A stretch of 64,000 nucleotides of DNA from an uncultured Candidatus Saccharibacteria bacterium (GCA_964459075.1 CAYWKE010000001.1:4626-68625), one strand, 5' to 3'; positions 41,001 to 48,007 are shown, numbered from the stretch's first letter. Notes: generated by a model not told the origin, from the sequence alone. Numbers and translations are program-made.

Positions 41001-44000
41001 GCGTGTCGGTGGAGATGATGCGCCAGCCGGGATCGAAGTTCGCACTGTTATCGTCCCCAAAGTACGCTTTTCCTGGGTTCGCACCAGCTGGGGTACAGAC
41101 CCCCGTCGCTTGAACACTTCCGGTTGCGGTGACGATCGCGAGGTTTACCTCACCCGAATCCGGCTCACACGCGACCGCAATGTACGAGCCCGTATCGGTG
41201 AGCATGAACTCGGTCGCAAACTCTTTCTCGGGCCAGTACGAGGTCGCTTCGATTCCGTCACCATCTCGCGACTGCGTACTCATGATGGGCGCAGAGGACG
41301 AAGAGATACGCACAGCGGCGCCATTCCCGTCACCTCCCGACGTACAGTTTCCACTTGCGTCGTACATGGCGGTGACATCCTGACCTGAAACTGAGGCACC
41401 CGTGCCTCCTGAGCAGGTGATCTCGTAGCTCGTGCCCGCCTGCGTCTGGCCCACGCGCGTATCCAGCGAGTTGATACCGTAGAGCTCACGCGTCGTTGCG
41501 GGGTAGAGTGTGATCGCATCACCCGTGTTGAACTCGTACGCGAGGAGGATCGGGGTCGTTGCGATCACCCGAGCAATATCTCCATCAACGATATCCTCGA
41601 CCGGGGAGGCGCCGGTCGAGGTCGCCAAGACCTGCGTCGTAGCAAGCGTGGTGTCGTTGTAGAGCTGTACCGTCGAAGAACCGAATGGTGAGAAGAGGTG
41701 GAACTCGTCGTTCGCGGAACTACCGGTTCGCACGGCGATGGTGAATAGGTCCGTGGCAAAGCTGATCGGCACAAGCGAATCTTGGTTCCCACCACCCTCG
41801 AGCTTTGTCGCGATGGGTCCAAGTGCGCGCACCACCGAGGTCGCGGTGAACGTACCCCCACCATAGGAAATGCTCTCTCCCAGATCGAGAGAGGAGGTTG
41901 CGCCAGTATCAAGCTGGACGACGTTACCATCGATGAGGCTGTACACCTCGATAGTATCGCCGCCGCCGAAGTCGTCGCGCACCACGTGGTGCATATCAAC
42001 AAGTGACGTGTGGGTGAATGGAGCAAACGCATCACTCAATGACGTGGCGAGGCCATTCCCGTAGTAGAGGTACATGGTCGAGGTGCTGTTGGCGGGTATC
42101 TCATCTACCTGGACCCAAATAGCTGTCGTTGAGCCGTTGTAGTCAAAGTACTGCACCCAGTGATCGAGCTCGGTGACCGTGTAGGGATCGTTCACCTCGG
42201 GGGTCGAGGTTGCGTAGAAGTCGGTTGCGGTGGCCATGTTCCGATAGGTCGCCGAGAGCCACCCGTCCGAACGCACGACGCTCGAAACACGCACCATATC
42301 AAGGCGACCATCGAGGGTCAGCTGGCGACCCGGCCGCAGGTCGCCCAGCGTGAACGTGTTCCCAAAGTTCTCATCTCCCGCATTCGTGTAGCTCAAAACC
42401 TGATTGTCGTTCACCTTCACGATCGTGCTCCCTCCCTGAACGGCGGTCGCACTCATGTAGTACCACTGTCCAGTGACCAAATTTGCGGCCGACGACTGAT
42501 TACACGTTGCACTGCTCTGGTAGGCACAGTAGCGCAGCTCATCAGCAGCTCCTCCCGTACCTCCCAGCGTGAACCACGGCGCGTACACACCCCCGCTGCC
42601 CGGAGCAGACGCGAGGATCGTATAGCCATACTGATCCGTACGTCGATCGCCACCACCGTTGAAGCCGATAAGTGCATCGGGATTCACCCACACTTCAACT
42701 GTGTGAGTAGTGGATATACCCAGATCACCGTGACTCACATCATCCTCGAAAAAGTCTTGAGCGTTCCCGAAGCGTCCGTTCGTTTCCGCAGGATTATCGG
42801 AGGACTGCTTGGTACCGTCGTTACTTGACCCGGCACTGTTCTCGATCGTGGAGCTCGTCAGGTCTTCCATGTGGGTCACGAGGGCAAAGTTACTATCCCA
42901 CACATTCACCGCCCCGTTCGCGTCAGTGTCCGCGACCAGTGGTGCTGCGGCGTTGCCGTAGTACACGTAGTAGGTCGTATCGGTCGTGGAGGAAAGCGAG
43001 GTCGCACGGAAGTAGAGCTCACCGGTTTGAGCGGTCGTGGACGCAGACACGATCTCCCGCGGGACCTGGTTTCCGTCTGCGTCTGCAACACGGATGTCCG
43101 CATCGACCGAGGTAGCAATGCCACTAAAGAACGTCGGGCCCAGATCGGCAAGATCAACGTACACAGGGAAATTCGACAACTCCTCGTCTACCTGACTCGC
43201 TTGGATCGTGATCGGAATGCGGTTGGGCCATGCGTCATCGAACCAGTCCGCTTGATCTTCTCCCTGTTCACTCGTGAAGCGAATGTCACCACCATCCTCG
43301 CGCACACTTGCCCAGAAATCTGAGAGGGATTCATCGATCTCGACGTAGATCTGGTACTCAGAGAGATCGTTCGCGTTGCCAAGGTTGTCGATCTCGATCG
43401 GGATGCGGTACTGCCAGAAGCCGTCCCACCACGGGTCGAGGAGGCCGTAGCTTCCCTTCTTGCCGATCGCCTCGATCCAGAACTCGCCCAACGTGCGCGC
43501 AGGGTAGCTGATCTCCATCTCGAAGTAGAGCGTCTGCCCCGGCTCGATGCGGTAGGTATTTTCCGAGCTGTTCTTTACATCAAAGTACTCGGGGACCGGC
43601 TTGCGCGGCAGGCCGCCGCCGAAAAAGTTGGCGAGCCGGCGGAAGTTGCCGATCTCCATGTTGCGCTCACCGGGTGCGACCGAGTGCGCCATCCAGGTGT
43701 CGCGGTAAACCGTCTCTTCACGTGAACCGATACGAGCACGATCATCGACACAGGTGACCCCATCCTCAGAAAGCTCGTCACACCAACGCTCCTCTTCACT
43801 CGAGGCACAGCTGTAGCGTTGGCGCTGCGTGCTGGCTGTGCTGGTCGCCTCGGACTCAGCGCGCTCGGCAAGAAGTGCCTGAAGCAACTCCTCATTCGTG
43901 AGGTCGGGATCGGTGAAGTCGATACTCTCCTCAGGACGCTCGTCTACAGTAGCGGTCTCTTGCGACTCAACACTCGTTGTACTGGTTGCTGGAGTGGGCT

Positions 44001-46299
44001 CCACTGCCACATCTGTCACTTCCGCTTCGAGTTGCGCCCCGTCCGCATCCTCCTGCGCACCTGGTATTGGCGCATCCAATGCGTCGGTCTGCTCGGGTTC
44101 ACCCACAGACTCCGCACCATCGCCTGCAACTGCTACACTCTCCTCTTCTGCAGCCTCCTGCTCAGCAAGGAGTGCTGCCATCTCTTCGTCACTCTCAACT
44201 CCACTCTCACGCGTTCCTCCTTGCTCGCCCAGGGTAGTGGTTGCGGCGGGAGACGTCTCGTCTTGTTCTTCCACGTCTTCGGTATCATCAGCATCGCCAG
44301 GGGCTGTTTGAGGTGTCGTCGTCGGTATCGTGGACTCGGCGTCGGGCGCAGGTGTTTCAGTATCAGCTCCACTCAGTTCTTCTTCATCTTGTGCGTCGGC
44401 AGGTTCGGGCGTGGGTGCTGGCTCAGATGGTGCATCCGTTTCTTCGGAAGACCGCGTGTCAGATGCTTCGATCTCCTCAGACCCATCTGCATCATCGACA
44501 AGCTCCCACCCCGCCTCACAGAAGTAGCCGGTCTGCGCATACTCAGGTATGCGCAGGGTCTTGGGGACGTTGCGCGTCCACTGCTTCAGCGAGGTCACCT
44601 CCCCTTTTGCGTCCGGTAGGTGCAGCATGAGTCGGAAGTCATCCTGCCGTTCGCTCTCATTGGTGACGTTGAAGTACACCGTGGCTTTCGTGAGGCCATG
44701 GTAGGTCCTTCGGTCGCTCTTGATGATGAGGTTCTCGTTGTCATTGCTGTCGGTGAAGGTGAAGTCGATGCGCTCTTCTCCGGTAAGCAAGATGTCTGGG
44801 TGACGCGACGCGTCCTCAGCACGAAGCTCAGGAACGACGTTCTCACCGTCGATGGTCTGATCATCCTGCCATCGCGGCGCATCGTAGGTTGCATCGATCC
44901 ACAGACTCTCGAGGTACACGTTGGTCTCAACGTCACTGTTGCGAACGAACTCGAGCTGCACCACCAACTCATCGAGCTCATCCCACGCATCGATCTCGGG
45001 AAGTGCAAAGAGGAAGTGGCCGCCGTTCTGACTGTTCGAGAGCTCGTTCGTTATCGCGATCTCACCAGCGAGGTACCAGTGGTCGCGGTAGCGATAGCGG
45101 ACGAAGACCTTATCATCCTGGAACGCCTCACCAACACGCTCCGCACCAAGAGAGAGGCGCAGGGCGAGCGTGCGAATATCCTCATCCGGCACGAACGAGC
45201 CGATGGAGAATCCTTCGAACTCGAGGATGTTGCAGGGGGTACCACGCACCTCACAGATGGTTGCGGCCTCATCAGCATGCTCGGGGCGCGCTGGCGTCGT
45301 TTCATCATCGCTCGTATCGGCACCACCACCACCTTCATCGGTGCCAGCATCGTCGTGTGAGTCGCCCGCGGACTCGTCTTGAGAAGCGCCGGATCCAGAG
45401 CTCGCTCCCCCTGCAGATCCCTCAGTCGCCTCCTCAGTACCCTCTCGTGGTGAGGTGGTCGCCGTTGTCGTCGCACGTACTTCTTCCTGCAGGTCTGTTT
45501 CGGGAGCCACTTCCGCGCTTGAGGTCGCCTCGGTGTCCACCGCCACGTCGTCACCCTCATCTACTTCGACCTCATCCGCTACCTGCTCTTCTTCCAACTC
45601 CTCCTCGTTGGATCCACGTGCGGTATCCTCTTCGATAGCTTCGGCTTGATCCTCGACCGGTGACCCCTCGGATGGTGCCTGTGGTGACGACTCGTCCGGT
45701 GTGACGTTCGTATCTGTGTCGGGGTCGAGTGTGTCGGTCTCTTCGATCTCTGGCTCGGGTTCTGGGATGGACTCGGGATCTGGCGTTGGCTCGGGTTCTG
45801 GTTCTGGCTCTTGGGTGGGTTCGGGGTCTGGTGTAGGTTCAGGGTCTGGTGCCGGCTCCTCAGATACGACCGGCTCTGCTGCTGGCTCCTGTGCTCGCGC
45901 GGTGAGGGGCACGAACCGATGCGAGAGTCCCCGCACCACGTGCGGCAGGTACTCGATGAGCGCGGTCGTTGTTCCCTGTACGTCCGATGCTGTTGTGGTC
46001 GGCGTCGAGGTAGGGGTCAATTCAGGTATGTCGTCGATCTCACCTTGGGAGAAACCGATAAATGCCGAGTTCTCTTTCGAGAAATCGCTCAGAATGGCCT
46101 GGCCTGAGAGTTCCTGCGAACGAGCTGCGTCCACGTTCTCCCATCCCGCACCGCGCACATCGCTTGGAAAAATGTGGATGGTCTCTTCTTCGATCGATGC
46201 CCACCCGTACGCACTCCACAATAGGACAGAGCCCACCACGCCTACCAATAAAAGCGCGGCTCTCCAAGCAGCGTTCCTCCTTGAAACGGAAAACCTCAT
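26002..46299 (-). CDS. Giant (~6765 aa) surface adhesin-like protein: acidic N-terminal region, DUF2341, LamG-like, lectin-like repeats, beta-helix-like repeats, 'type A' C-terminus
   Basis: Uninterrupted 20.3-kb ORF; signal/TM after MRFSVSRR; W..R..I.I...DIR...YYGN DUF2341 motifs; GxLDExRxS LamG motifs; FY.[LV]TF..G.W repeats. Confidence 0.9.
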   Translation of the reverse strand: MRFSVSRRNAAWRAALLLVGVVGSVLLWSAYGWASIEEETIHIFPSDVRGAGWENVDAARSQELSGQAILSDFSKENSAFIGFSQGEIDDIPELTPTSTPTTTASDVQGTTTALIEYLPHVVRGLSHRFVPLTARAQEPAAEPVVSEEPAPDPEPTPDPEPTQEPEPEPEPTPDPESIPEPEPEIEETDTLDPDTDTNVTPDESSPQAPSEGSPVEDQAEAIEEDTARGSNEEELEEEQVADEVEVDEGDDVAVDTEATSSAEVAPETDLQEEVRATTTATTSPREGTEEATEGSAGGASSGSGASQDESAGDSHDDAGTDEGGGGADTSDDETTPARPEHADEAATICEVRGTPCNILEFEGFSIGSFVPDEDIRTLALRLSLGAERVGEAFQDDKVFVRYRYRDHWYLAGEIAITNELSNSQNGGHFLFALPEIDAWDELDELVVQLEFVRNSDVETNVYLESLWIDATYDAPRWQDDQTIDGENVVPELRAEDASRHPDILLTGEERIDFTFTDSNDNENLIIKSDRRTYHGLTKATVYFNVTNESERQDDFRLMLHLPDAKGEVTSLKQWTRNVPKTLRIPEYAQTGYFCEAGWELVDDADGSEEIEASDTRSSEETDAPSEPAPTPEPADAQDEEELSGADTETPAPDAESTIPTTTPQTAPGDADDTEDVEEQDETSPAATTTLGEQGGTRESGVESDEEMAALLAEQEAAEEESVAVAGDGAESVGEPEQTDALDAPIPGAQEDADGAQLEAEVTDVAVEPTPATSTTSVESQETATVDERPEESIDFTDPDLTNEELLQALLAERAESEATSTASTQRQRYSCASSEEERWCDELSEDGVTCVDDRARIGSREETVYRDTWMAHSVAPGERNMEIGNFRRLANFFGGGLPRKPVPEYFDVKNSSENTYRIEPGQTLYFEMEISYPARTLGEFWIEAIGKKGSYGLLDPWWDGFWQYRIPIEIDNLGNANDLSEYQIYVEIDESLSDFWASVREDGGDIRFTSEQGEDQADWFDDAWPNRIPITIQASQVDEELSNFPVYVDLADLGPTFFSGIATSVDADIRVADADGNQVPREIVSASTTAQTGELYFRATSLSSTTDTTYYVYYGNAAAPLVADTDANGAVNVWDSNFALVTHMEDLTSSTIENSAGSSNDGTKQSSDNPAETNGRFGNAQDFFEDDVSHGDLGISTTHTVEVWVNPDALIGFNGGGDRRTDQYGYTILASAPGSGGVYAPWFTLGGTGGAADELRYCAYQSSATCNQSSAANLVTGQWYYMSATAVQGGSTIVKVNDNQVLSYTNAGDENFGNTFTLGDLRPGRQLTLDGRLDMVRVSSVVRSDGWLSATYRNMATATDFYATSTPEVNDPYTVTELDHWVQYFDYNGSTTAIWVQVDEIPANSTSTMYLYYGNGLATSLSDAFAPFTHTSLVDMHHVVRDDFGGGDTIEVYSLIDGNVVQLDTGATSSLDLGESISYGGGTFTATSVVRALGPIATKLEGGGNQDSLVPISFATDLFTIAVRTGSSANDEFHLFSPFGSSTVQLYNDTTLATTQVLATSTGASPVEDIVDGDIARVIATTPILLAYEFNTGDAITLYPATTRELYGINSLDTRVGQTQAGTSYEITCSGGTGASVSGQDVTAMYDASGNCTSGGDGNGAAVRISSSSAPIMSTQSRDGDGIEATSYWPEKEFATEFMLTDTGSYIAVACEPDSGEVNLAIVTATGSVQATGVCTPAGANPGKAYFGDDNSANFDPGWRIISTDTPPKPFYAIWEDQTDDDEQNFIAAPQSRQYAFPHPTVAFGAQETSNVPAWNMQDFRWYLNEDAQTPTDPWPLGSEDLDENASIGSDAAITAGDVLRLRVSMQLNNATSTALDDAFTLEVAQANIGDSCDLSSLAWNPVEQQSSSSAPWRGFDNASVAEQSAISATVLASTTDAGTYEEENNSAALSVDYAPGDILEFDWVLEANAPETNSSYCFRMVGVGGTAVISPANYPQLDTNSAPDEPIARTPFDNAKTGDLTPELTFTASDLAGDDLHYQVQLATTTDFSSTLVDVNSTVTGSPLSFTNISNTSDKAPFSAGQTIRFTVPGASALDNDVTHYWRIRARDPGGSDQWGPWSDPPLSFTTDTTIDVSTWFQTTEEQFVTDSLRGVFASTSDEVRLGGVVAEFGTVDLNNNEWTTVNLSGSYDDLVVVASPRYDETVDPRSPRVRNKGQTSFEIKVDNHAQTPTPSGVTVVDWLAVEAGDWTINDGGSGVRVVAGSETTDGQFGWDGGASVEVGTPANVVFAPAFSGTPVVLHTLASDNDPTWAATKADDGDSGDPPSDTNLRLQILTSYANNDHTAAEEIDYVAFEEFHGTTSAGVEMDAAFQTTGGNLGLDGIFDDPTHNIPWTRQFLSLPVVYIVAQGGENGGNGSWALRDTEVAVTVTDFYGSVDEDGPDNTRNGHADEEGSVIGFSAASGTIENAFDGTLEGTAIDFDDGAIGNKWGSFSWNDDQTTGSITYQLQYLSSSWLPIPDEDLPGNEAGTTTGPFDLIDLDTETYNVIRPVAIFSSPSTTTGPILYDWTVQWREGVLTPTTTSPFPYEQVASSTTQFFFETIDPQNESLVYEIQISSSTAFASGTLSFTSDSDPFGAFTRADGNPETSPFTSGEEIVFTASSSINLIDGDTYWWRVRARDLAGDNLFSFWSDERSFTIASTTAVSTWHQTTNEQFLRNSLTGITGVNDNLEIQSVIGEYGTIDVNGSDWTPVTLSQDFSDLVVVASVRYDAPDVRQRTARVRNKTTNSFEIKVDNDDGTTDPTGTTTIDWIAMESGTWSVENETGSVKLVADTAEDVTDIQSNGYSDSDGYRTIAFPISFDGSPVVLATVATENNSAWVTTFVNDGAALANEPTNSQFGVALGASFQTPPPMIEDIDWIAIDVGTGTNSGGEFDAVVTIDSVDGSDPDAINFTAPFTNGPPLVALVQQLGEKGGDGGWAVYNDSVPATSALIYATIDEENGDGGSRGHRTESVGVLAFELATGTLTRINEALTGTATSETITFSDGTGPKWGEVTWRDVTPATSTIRYYVEYATGTDWFLIPPADIPTNATGATTSPIDLGDLDFLTYSEIRLVAAFTCTDSGDCPVVEDWSVTWSEGIEVSGIARAYDRSALVTSGTVRVALDGVIQPSTATIQPDGTWTLTNVNALPGTVMTVFVDGGATTSRAVAVSVYDGIGDEEGMELYQRHLTLGSNKLMTFTNADLQQYDNSVAGDPDLFFDVDVNNDLDTCAVGGCVDANLYVLASTTYRPDSAGSGNVATHDVVVDGELIADGNTIALTGSWQNQGRFAAGTSLVRFDATSTTESIDSTGAATSSFYNLTFGNASGNATFTLATPLDVNGNLAIAYGTFSPGSASTTVARAFQISSTGSFQKGSATTTLDGTGSYAFNDFSTPKQDLGAIDITGTGRVAVMGSDIRLTDVRILSGATLDAGGAGNQLEVQGDFLNSGIFTPRTGEVLFSATTTGRTITPGVSSFYDVTFDGVGGNWAFSQPDVTALRDYTIATGTVTLATGVTTVGGSFRNTGGTFQHNNGQVTLTSATVGQQVEAGGSDFYQLRFNNPTGEWTFLDSAATTSDDFLVSQGNVILPSDTLSVGGDFTIDAGGSFDANDGEVILRTLAGPQTVRAGGSEFYDVTFTGLGVGGADWLDTAWLNRTEITIQASQVDTNVTDFPVYLDLSILGAEFFDSVQGDGDDIRITTDDGTTLVPREVVAIATSSGTGEVHFLAPSLSSTVDTSFYVYYGNPDDTGVADADQNGRNAVWAEYLAVFHLQEDASGITTNDLYTDSTGNGFDGDDRIGATGKSGKLGSGQEFDGNAGDFINLPISLVDGRDDLIASWWVNTTQSDSFAIVSGINAGNNNEYLLFFNGASEYRQYTGAGVGTSANYPIAPPANGGVWNYFVSERLDNPDDSNVFYNGVQETENPGVTHDTLSITANDLVIGQEQDVGQYNFDPGQALQGLLDELRFSTSSRAAGWYATEYNNQDAPATFMATSSQESRPGRTFVDLDAEVARHFTIESGLVNFPTDTLTVGGDFDAAGGEFTAGFGEVEFDATTTGFTIDPGDNPFYDVTVNSGAGGWEVIANATSTNDWTLAAAASFVAATGTRIEVAGELVNTIGAATVWSGSTLALTSATNYTLGAKAAADESYGTLRIGPNTDIRLWNSDAQSYAVDPSGSIYSQDHSGNDGELYIWGSYGRSSGGDYWSAGTDFDFTPLAGPAARPVSVRFADGASATYQGSAALSIVGTSTATTSVAAQGSGTYDLTLSGASLSAAYASFTDTATSGLELLASTTVTNFEPIAFVLSTDGATSLSLDATTIDENPDSQWFGLSFATSSGVATGSNVSATGSPASYWWFRDTTGSFAGEAFDDDPGGNPGNIRWDDSGFTVTISGTVYEDEGAGAGSSACATANVVRVVVDGGSSYTGSCDPVTGAYSVGGVQFSGDADIMAYLDNAGGGERAATVSRTPTGAIADFDLYESYVILRHEDVAALTTANLATYDSSDDADIPFTATTLPTDLTIAHDTALLVWSGKTFTPEGDVTLLSSGSGLFEDGTLRLAGSATLTMLGGETVTVGGSWIADGASTFTTATADLRFVATTTGKRISSPDDLYTMTFEGAGGEWTIQDPLTVNQSIALTDGTVLGTTTITLEVGSLSGNGVLNLTDGSLDLEGEGPFGGDSDWYVHDLTLGNGSSASTSKVGAGTTTISGTFTILGNHTFNAGDDLLRLTGSGNVLTGAGTFNAQTATTTYAGTSGVVIAARIYHDLVLAPEGAGSPTYTLAASTISVGRDLYVGNGSTSVSVTANTNDPILDVAGDFLIATSATYIAASANDTRIAGSYRNTGTLTAPITSTFVFDSADTGETIEPGDSPFANVRFLSASGGWAVLASATATAGWYLSDAASFAVASGTRIAVGGPFENELLDAATDWSTSTLALYGGASFSVNASSSDGDVYDELEVSGGTDVRLWNSVAATYDVGSTSSLYSQDHDRNDGDLYIWGAYQPTMGSDHWSYATDFDGTLLDATSSRPVSVVIASGSDIVVRGASLSVLGSTTATTTIEGDGAGTYALSVAGGSFSMRFASLRGVDAAGLTFTGAPTIGVFENNDLELEIDAGTIMTVGGTVIDANPLKTFRSNRFGTSTGVATGTNIIATGTSIATWRFPQAVGVLEGEDFDIDPGGDPGYLIWDDSDALITVQGRVYLDEGTTLVGSSVCDGSALNVTLVVGGAPATSTSCSDGPAVFTFTGIGFTEGDPLIVYLEGASGIQAATVTVDPVTNILDMDLYQDRVIVRHEDVNPITIVNMANHDSDDDANIPFDAEDAATDTLTLAAGTKLIVWGSKEFAPGGTMTLTPLGSGAPEDGSLHLYADALLTAQGTETYQIGGSFLVNGGASFAAASSTLEFTATTTGKSLDLNSSPLNTVRFIGAGGGWSFAESAATTTGDIEQAAGAVTFPSANLAINGSFEVTGGSFSAATTSTWRFISDSGAENVRLAGSAAPSMTFVGSSTFTFPESQATSTGDVSLSAGAAVFPSGTFAVGGSFDVSGGTMTAPGELRLVGSDLGETITLAGQSLASLTTAGDGSWSFAESAATTTGSLRALGGSLTAPASTLSIGGSFFAASSTTFSAGAGGMRFVGAGGGNTITTNSALLNEVIVNGTGSWSLTDNASTTGAVRLLAAGGFTQNAGTTLEVGGVFENRIGGATTWAAGSTLYLNSGLNFLVGAKTDAVETYATLQVGSTTDVALWRSSATVYDVATTGSLYSQDHLDQDGDLYIWGTYERTSGNEYWRHSIDFDGTALSGVNRRGVDVRVASGSQLLFTGGTLDIIGASGFVATTTIDVQGGSGAFGWEIAGGTFNMQRFTVSGLDAQGLTFTDAPTVSQLTQGEFILSADGGTMLTVASSTFDQNPTKLFAQVGFSTSTGVATGSNVTVSGTTANFWTFVNEFGVLAGEDYDLNDTDLCGAVRWADSTCLEVSQAHYRFRADNDGEGVPAEEWFDPSWGYRKRITVSNSGGALTNYPIQVTIDHVPGVGKMQPDFDDLRFTDSTGTTSIPYYIESKVDDAEAVVWVTLPTIPAGGTTPIYVYYGNAGVGSAASSSETFSFIDDFEDNDLDEYAPSSGLDKTRFGLSTSFNYQGAYGLAAASTQEGLQTENGGITQDAAGSAFGPGETLRVYQYVDTAEFDEPCFLFAVQGFGDNYAVCLDQFFNGDRVTLAQDVDWSDDSGTVVASTSVSFATDWYRIEIDWLLNDTLNVSVVRDSTDTEIASFSYSAGSPSEGGIGFSHWGQNGGFDFVTVRPYSATEPTTITGTEQVNDGASWSAAQDTVNARQQAEQNFRLRISVENSGAQITGQQFRLQYAEKGSFGTCEAVPSVEYDDVPAVAGCGLSPICMVASPQFFDQDPTTQLLDTDFMGTFVPGYLVEDSSNQSTSMDLDANEFTEIEYALEFTANANQNAYCLRTTDGGLELDSYPRVPEVRVLQIPVLGDWTLAGNYNGVIPITLTEGTTTAVIATGTVTDLNGSGDIIGATSTLYRSGLPSGEACTADDNSCYRLGNESCALDCAGTSCDITCTADVQFFAEPTDIGAFSGEHWLSYVIVEDRSGEVATATSLATELDTTFGITLTTEGIDFGTLTLGTTTGSVASSTLRNTGNTAIDVDLAGSNLTAPGSEILASNIRYATSTFTSASCAICNFLATTSNQFELDLPKPTSTVPIIDDIFWGITIPTGISGVTHEGINTFFAVSD
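45740..45865 (-). repeat. Pro-Glu (PEPTPD) coding repeat in the giant protein
   Basis: EEPAPDPEPTPDPEPTQEPEPEPEPTPDPESIPEPEPEIEE. Confidence 0.8.
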
Positions 46300-46459
46300 T
46301 GAGTTGTCCACACAGACCGATAGGGTCTTGCGAAACAGACACCCCACAACCCCCGATCTGTACTCTCAGTATCTCACGAAGGGTACCTGCCAACCAGCAA
46401 AAACGTTGCCAAAACTGTGTATTTCTGATTGCTTTTGCGTCCGAGTGCGTACCCGACAA

Positions 46460-46495
46460 CATACACCCCGCACCAGCAAGGGCGCGGGGTGTATG
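46460..46495 (-). terminator. Probable intrinsic terminator
   Basis: 12-bp stem catacaccccgc/gcggggtgtatg, 15 nt after the stop at 46511; weak U tract. Confidence 0.65.
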
Positions 46496-46510
46496 GTGGC
46501 GTGTGGGTGA

Positions 46511-48007
46511 TTACTTCACGAGCTTGCGCACGTCCTCGATCTCCTTGTCGAGGAGCTCCTCCGAGATCGAAAGCGCGTCTTTCAACCCTTCCAAGAGCTG
46601 TCGTTCGTTGTCGGTCATATTCGGTTTGTGGGCCAGGGTAAGGACCTTCTCCTCTATCTCCTCGCGCAGGACATCGAAGATGCTGACTAGTCGCTCAGAG
46701 GCTTCGATGGCCTCGACCTTGATGCGGTCGTACTCATCGGCGCGTTTTCGACGCTCTATGATGATGATGCCGATCGCGATGGCAAGCAGGATGATGAAGA
46801 TCATGGAAACCCAGTAGACCGGTCCGAAGATGCCCGGACCTTCCTCCTCTTCCTCATCCCCTGGCAGGGTTCCAGTGATGGTGACCGGCGCCTCAACCTC
46901 CGTGGTATTCCCCGCAAAGTCGGTCGCCACGACCGTCACCGTCTTCTCACCCGGTGTCATGTTGCCGACGGTCACGGAACCGCTCTCATCGAGCGCATTC
47001 GGGCTCACCCGATCGACCTCGAGACCATCGAGGAGTATCGCAAAGGTGTCGATGCCGGAGGTGAGATCGGTCGCGCCGGTGATGGTGACGGTGAACTCAA
47101 GATCGCCGCCGACGACGTCGATCTCAAAAGGCTCAGGCGGCGTCGTGTCGATGCGGATGGTCTTCTGTGTCGGGTCGCTCCACCCGTTGCGATTTTGGAA
47201 CGCGAGGAAGAAGTGCCAGACACCGTCAGCAAGGTCTTCGTAGACCGCATTGACCGTCGGCGGCTCGTGATCGGTGTACTCAATGTCTGATGAGGTCGAG
47301 CTCGTACCGATACCCATGCGGGTCGAACCGATGCCGGGGAGGATCTCCCAGTTGAACTCTGCATTGTTGATGGCGTACCACGTATCCTCCTCCTCGTGCG
47401 TCTCCGAATCGATACGTCGAGGCGGCTGCGGTGGTATGCCCCCGCCGCCAGAGCCGATCGCCGAGACGGGCTCCGGCTCGGGCGTTGGCGCGGGTGCCGC
47501 TGCGGTGATGGTGTAGGAAGCACTACCCGAGTCGCCGGTCACATCTTGTCCCGCGCCCGCAAGGATGGTTACCTCGTCGACCGAGACCGCTCCGGTACCG
47601 ATGGCCGTGCCGCGAAAGGTGATGGTCGCAATGTTGCTCGTGCGCGCAAGCGGTGTCGTACCGCCACCGCTGAAGGAAATGGTTCCCGCGCTTGCAGAGA
47701 ACGAAGGTTCTTCGACCCATAGGTTGAAGGCGCTCCCGTTCGTCGACACACTCGTGACCGACAGTACCGACGTATCGTAGCGGAGGGTTCCTTGCGCGGA
47801 GTTGACCGGGTCTCCCTCAGGATTGATGGCGATGTTGACCTGGAACGTACTCCCCTGTGCGTGGGAGCCACTCGATGGTGAGAACTGCAGCGATGCCGCA
47901 AGCGCCGGGTGGGCCCACGCGCCGACGATGCCGAAAGCGAGTACGACCCAAACGAGAGCGACGTACCTGCGGATAGATGAAGTGATCGATAGGTGCGGGG
48001 GGAGCAT
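46511..48007 (-). CDS. Cohesin + Ig-like domains + C-terminal TM and coiled-coil tail
   Basis: ASLQFSPSSG...VNSAQGTLRYD...LWVEEPSFS...ISFSGG; SETH...WY; DTTPPEPF; TM; tail EELLDKEIEDV resembles EEHIIDEIEDI of 13351..15147. Confidence 0.85.
   Translation of the reverse strand: MLPPHLSITSSIRRYVALVWVVLAFGIVGAWAHPALAASLQFSPSSGSHAQGSTFQVNIAINPEGDPVNSAQGTLRYDTSVLSVTSVSTNGSAFNLWVEEPSFSASAGTISFSGGGTTPLARTSNIATITFRGTAIGTGAVSVDEVTILAGAGQDVTGDSGSASYTITAAAPAPTPEPEPVSAIGSGGGGIPPQPPRRIDSETHEEEDTWYAINNAEFNWEILPGIGSTRMGIGTSSTSSDIEYTDHEPPTVNAVYEDLADGVWHFFLAFQNRNGWSDPTQKTIRIDTTPPEPFEIDVVGGDLEFTVTITGATDLTSGIDTFAILLDGLEVDRVSPNALDESGSVTVGNMTPGEKTVTVVATDFAGNTTEVEAPVTITGTLPGDEEEEEGPGIFGPVYWVSMIFIILLAIAIGIIIIERRKRADEYDRIKVEAIEASERLVSIFDVLREEIEEKVLTLAHKPNMTDNERQLLEGLKDALSISEELLDKEIEDVRKLVK

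Noticed and set aside
26002-46299. Giant ORF as RTX, Rhs/CDI toxin or NRPS/PKS
   Set aside because: No GGxGxD nonapeptide runs, YD repeats, toxin-immunity arrangement or synthetase motifs.
46304-46312. TTGTCCACA just before the giant gene start
   Set aside because: One mismatch, opposite orientation, and it lacks the 32-bp/-10 arrangement; may be chance.
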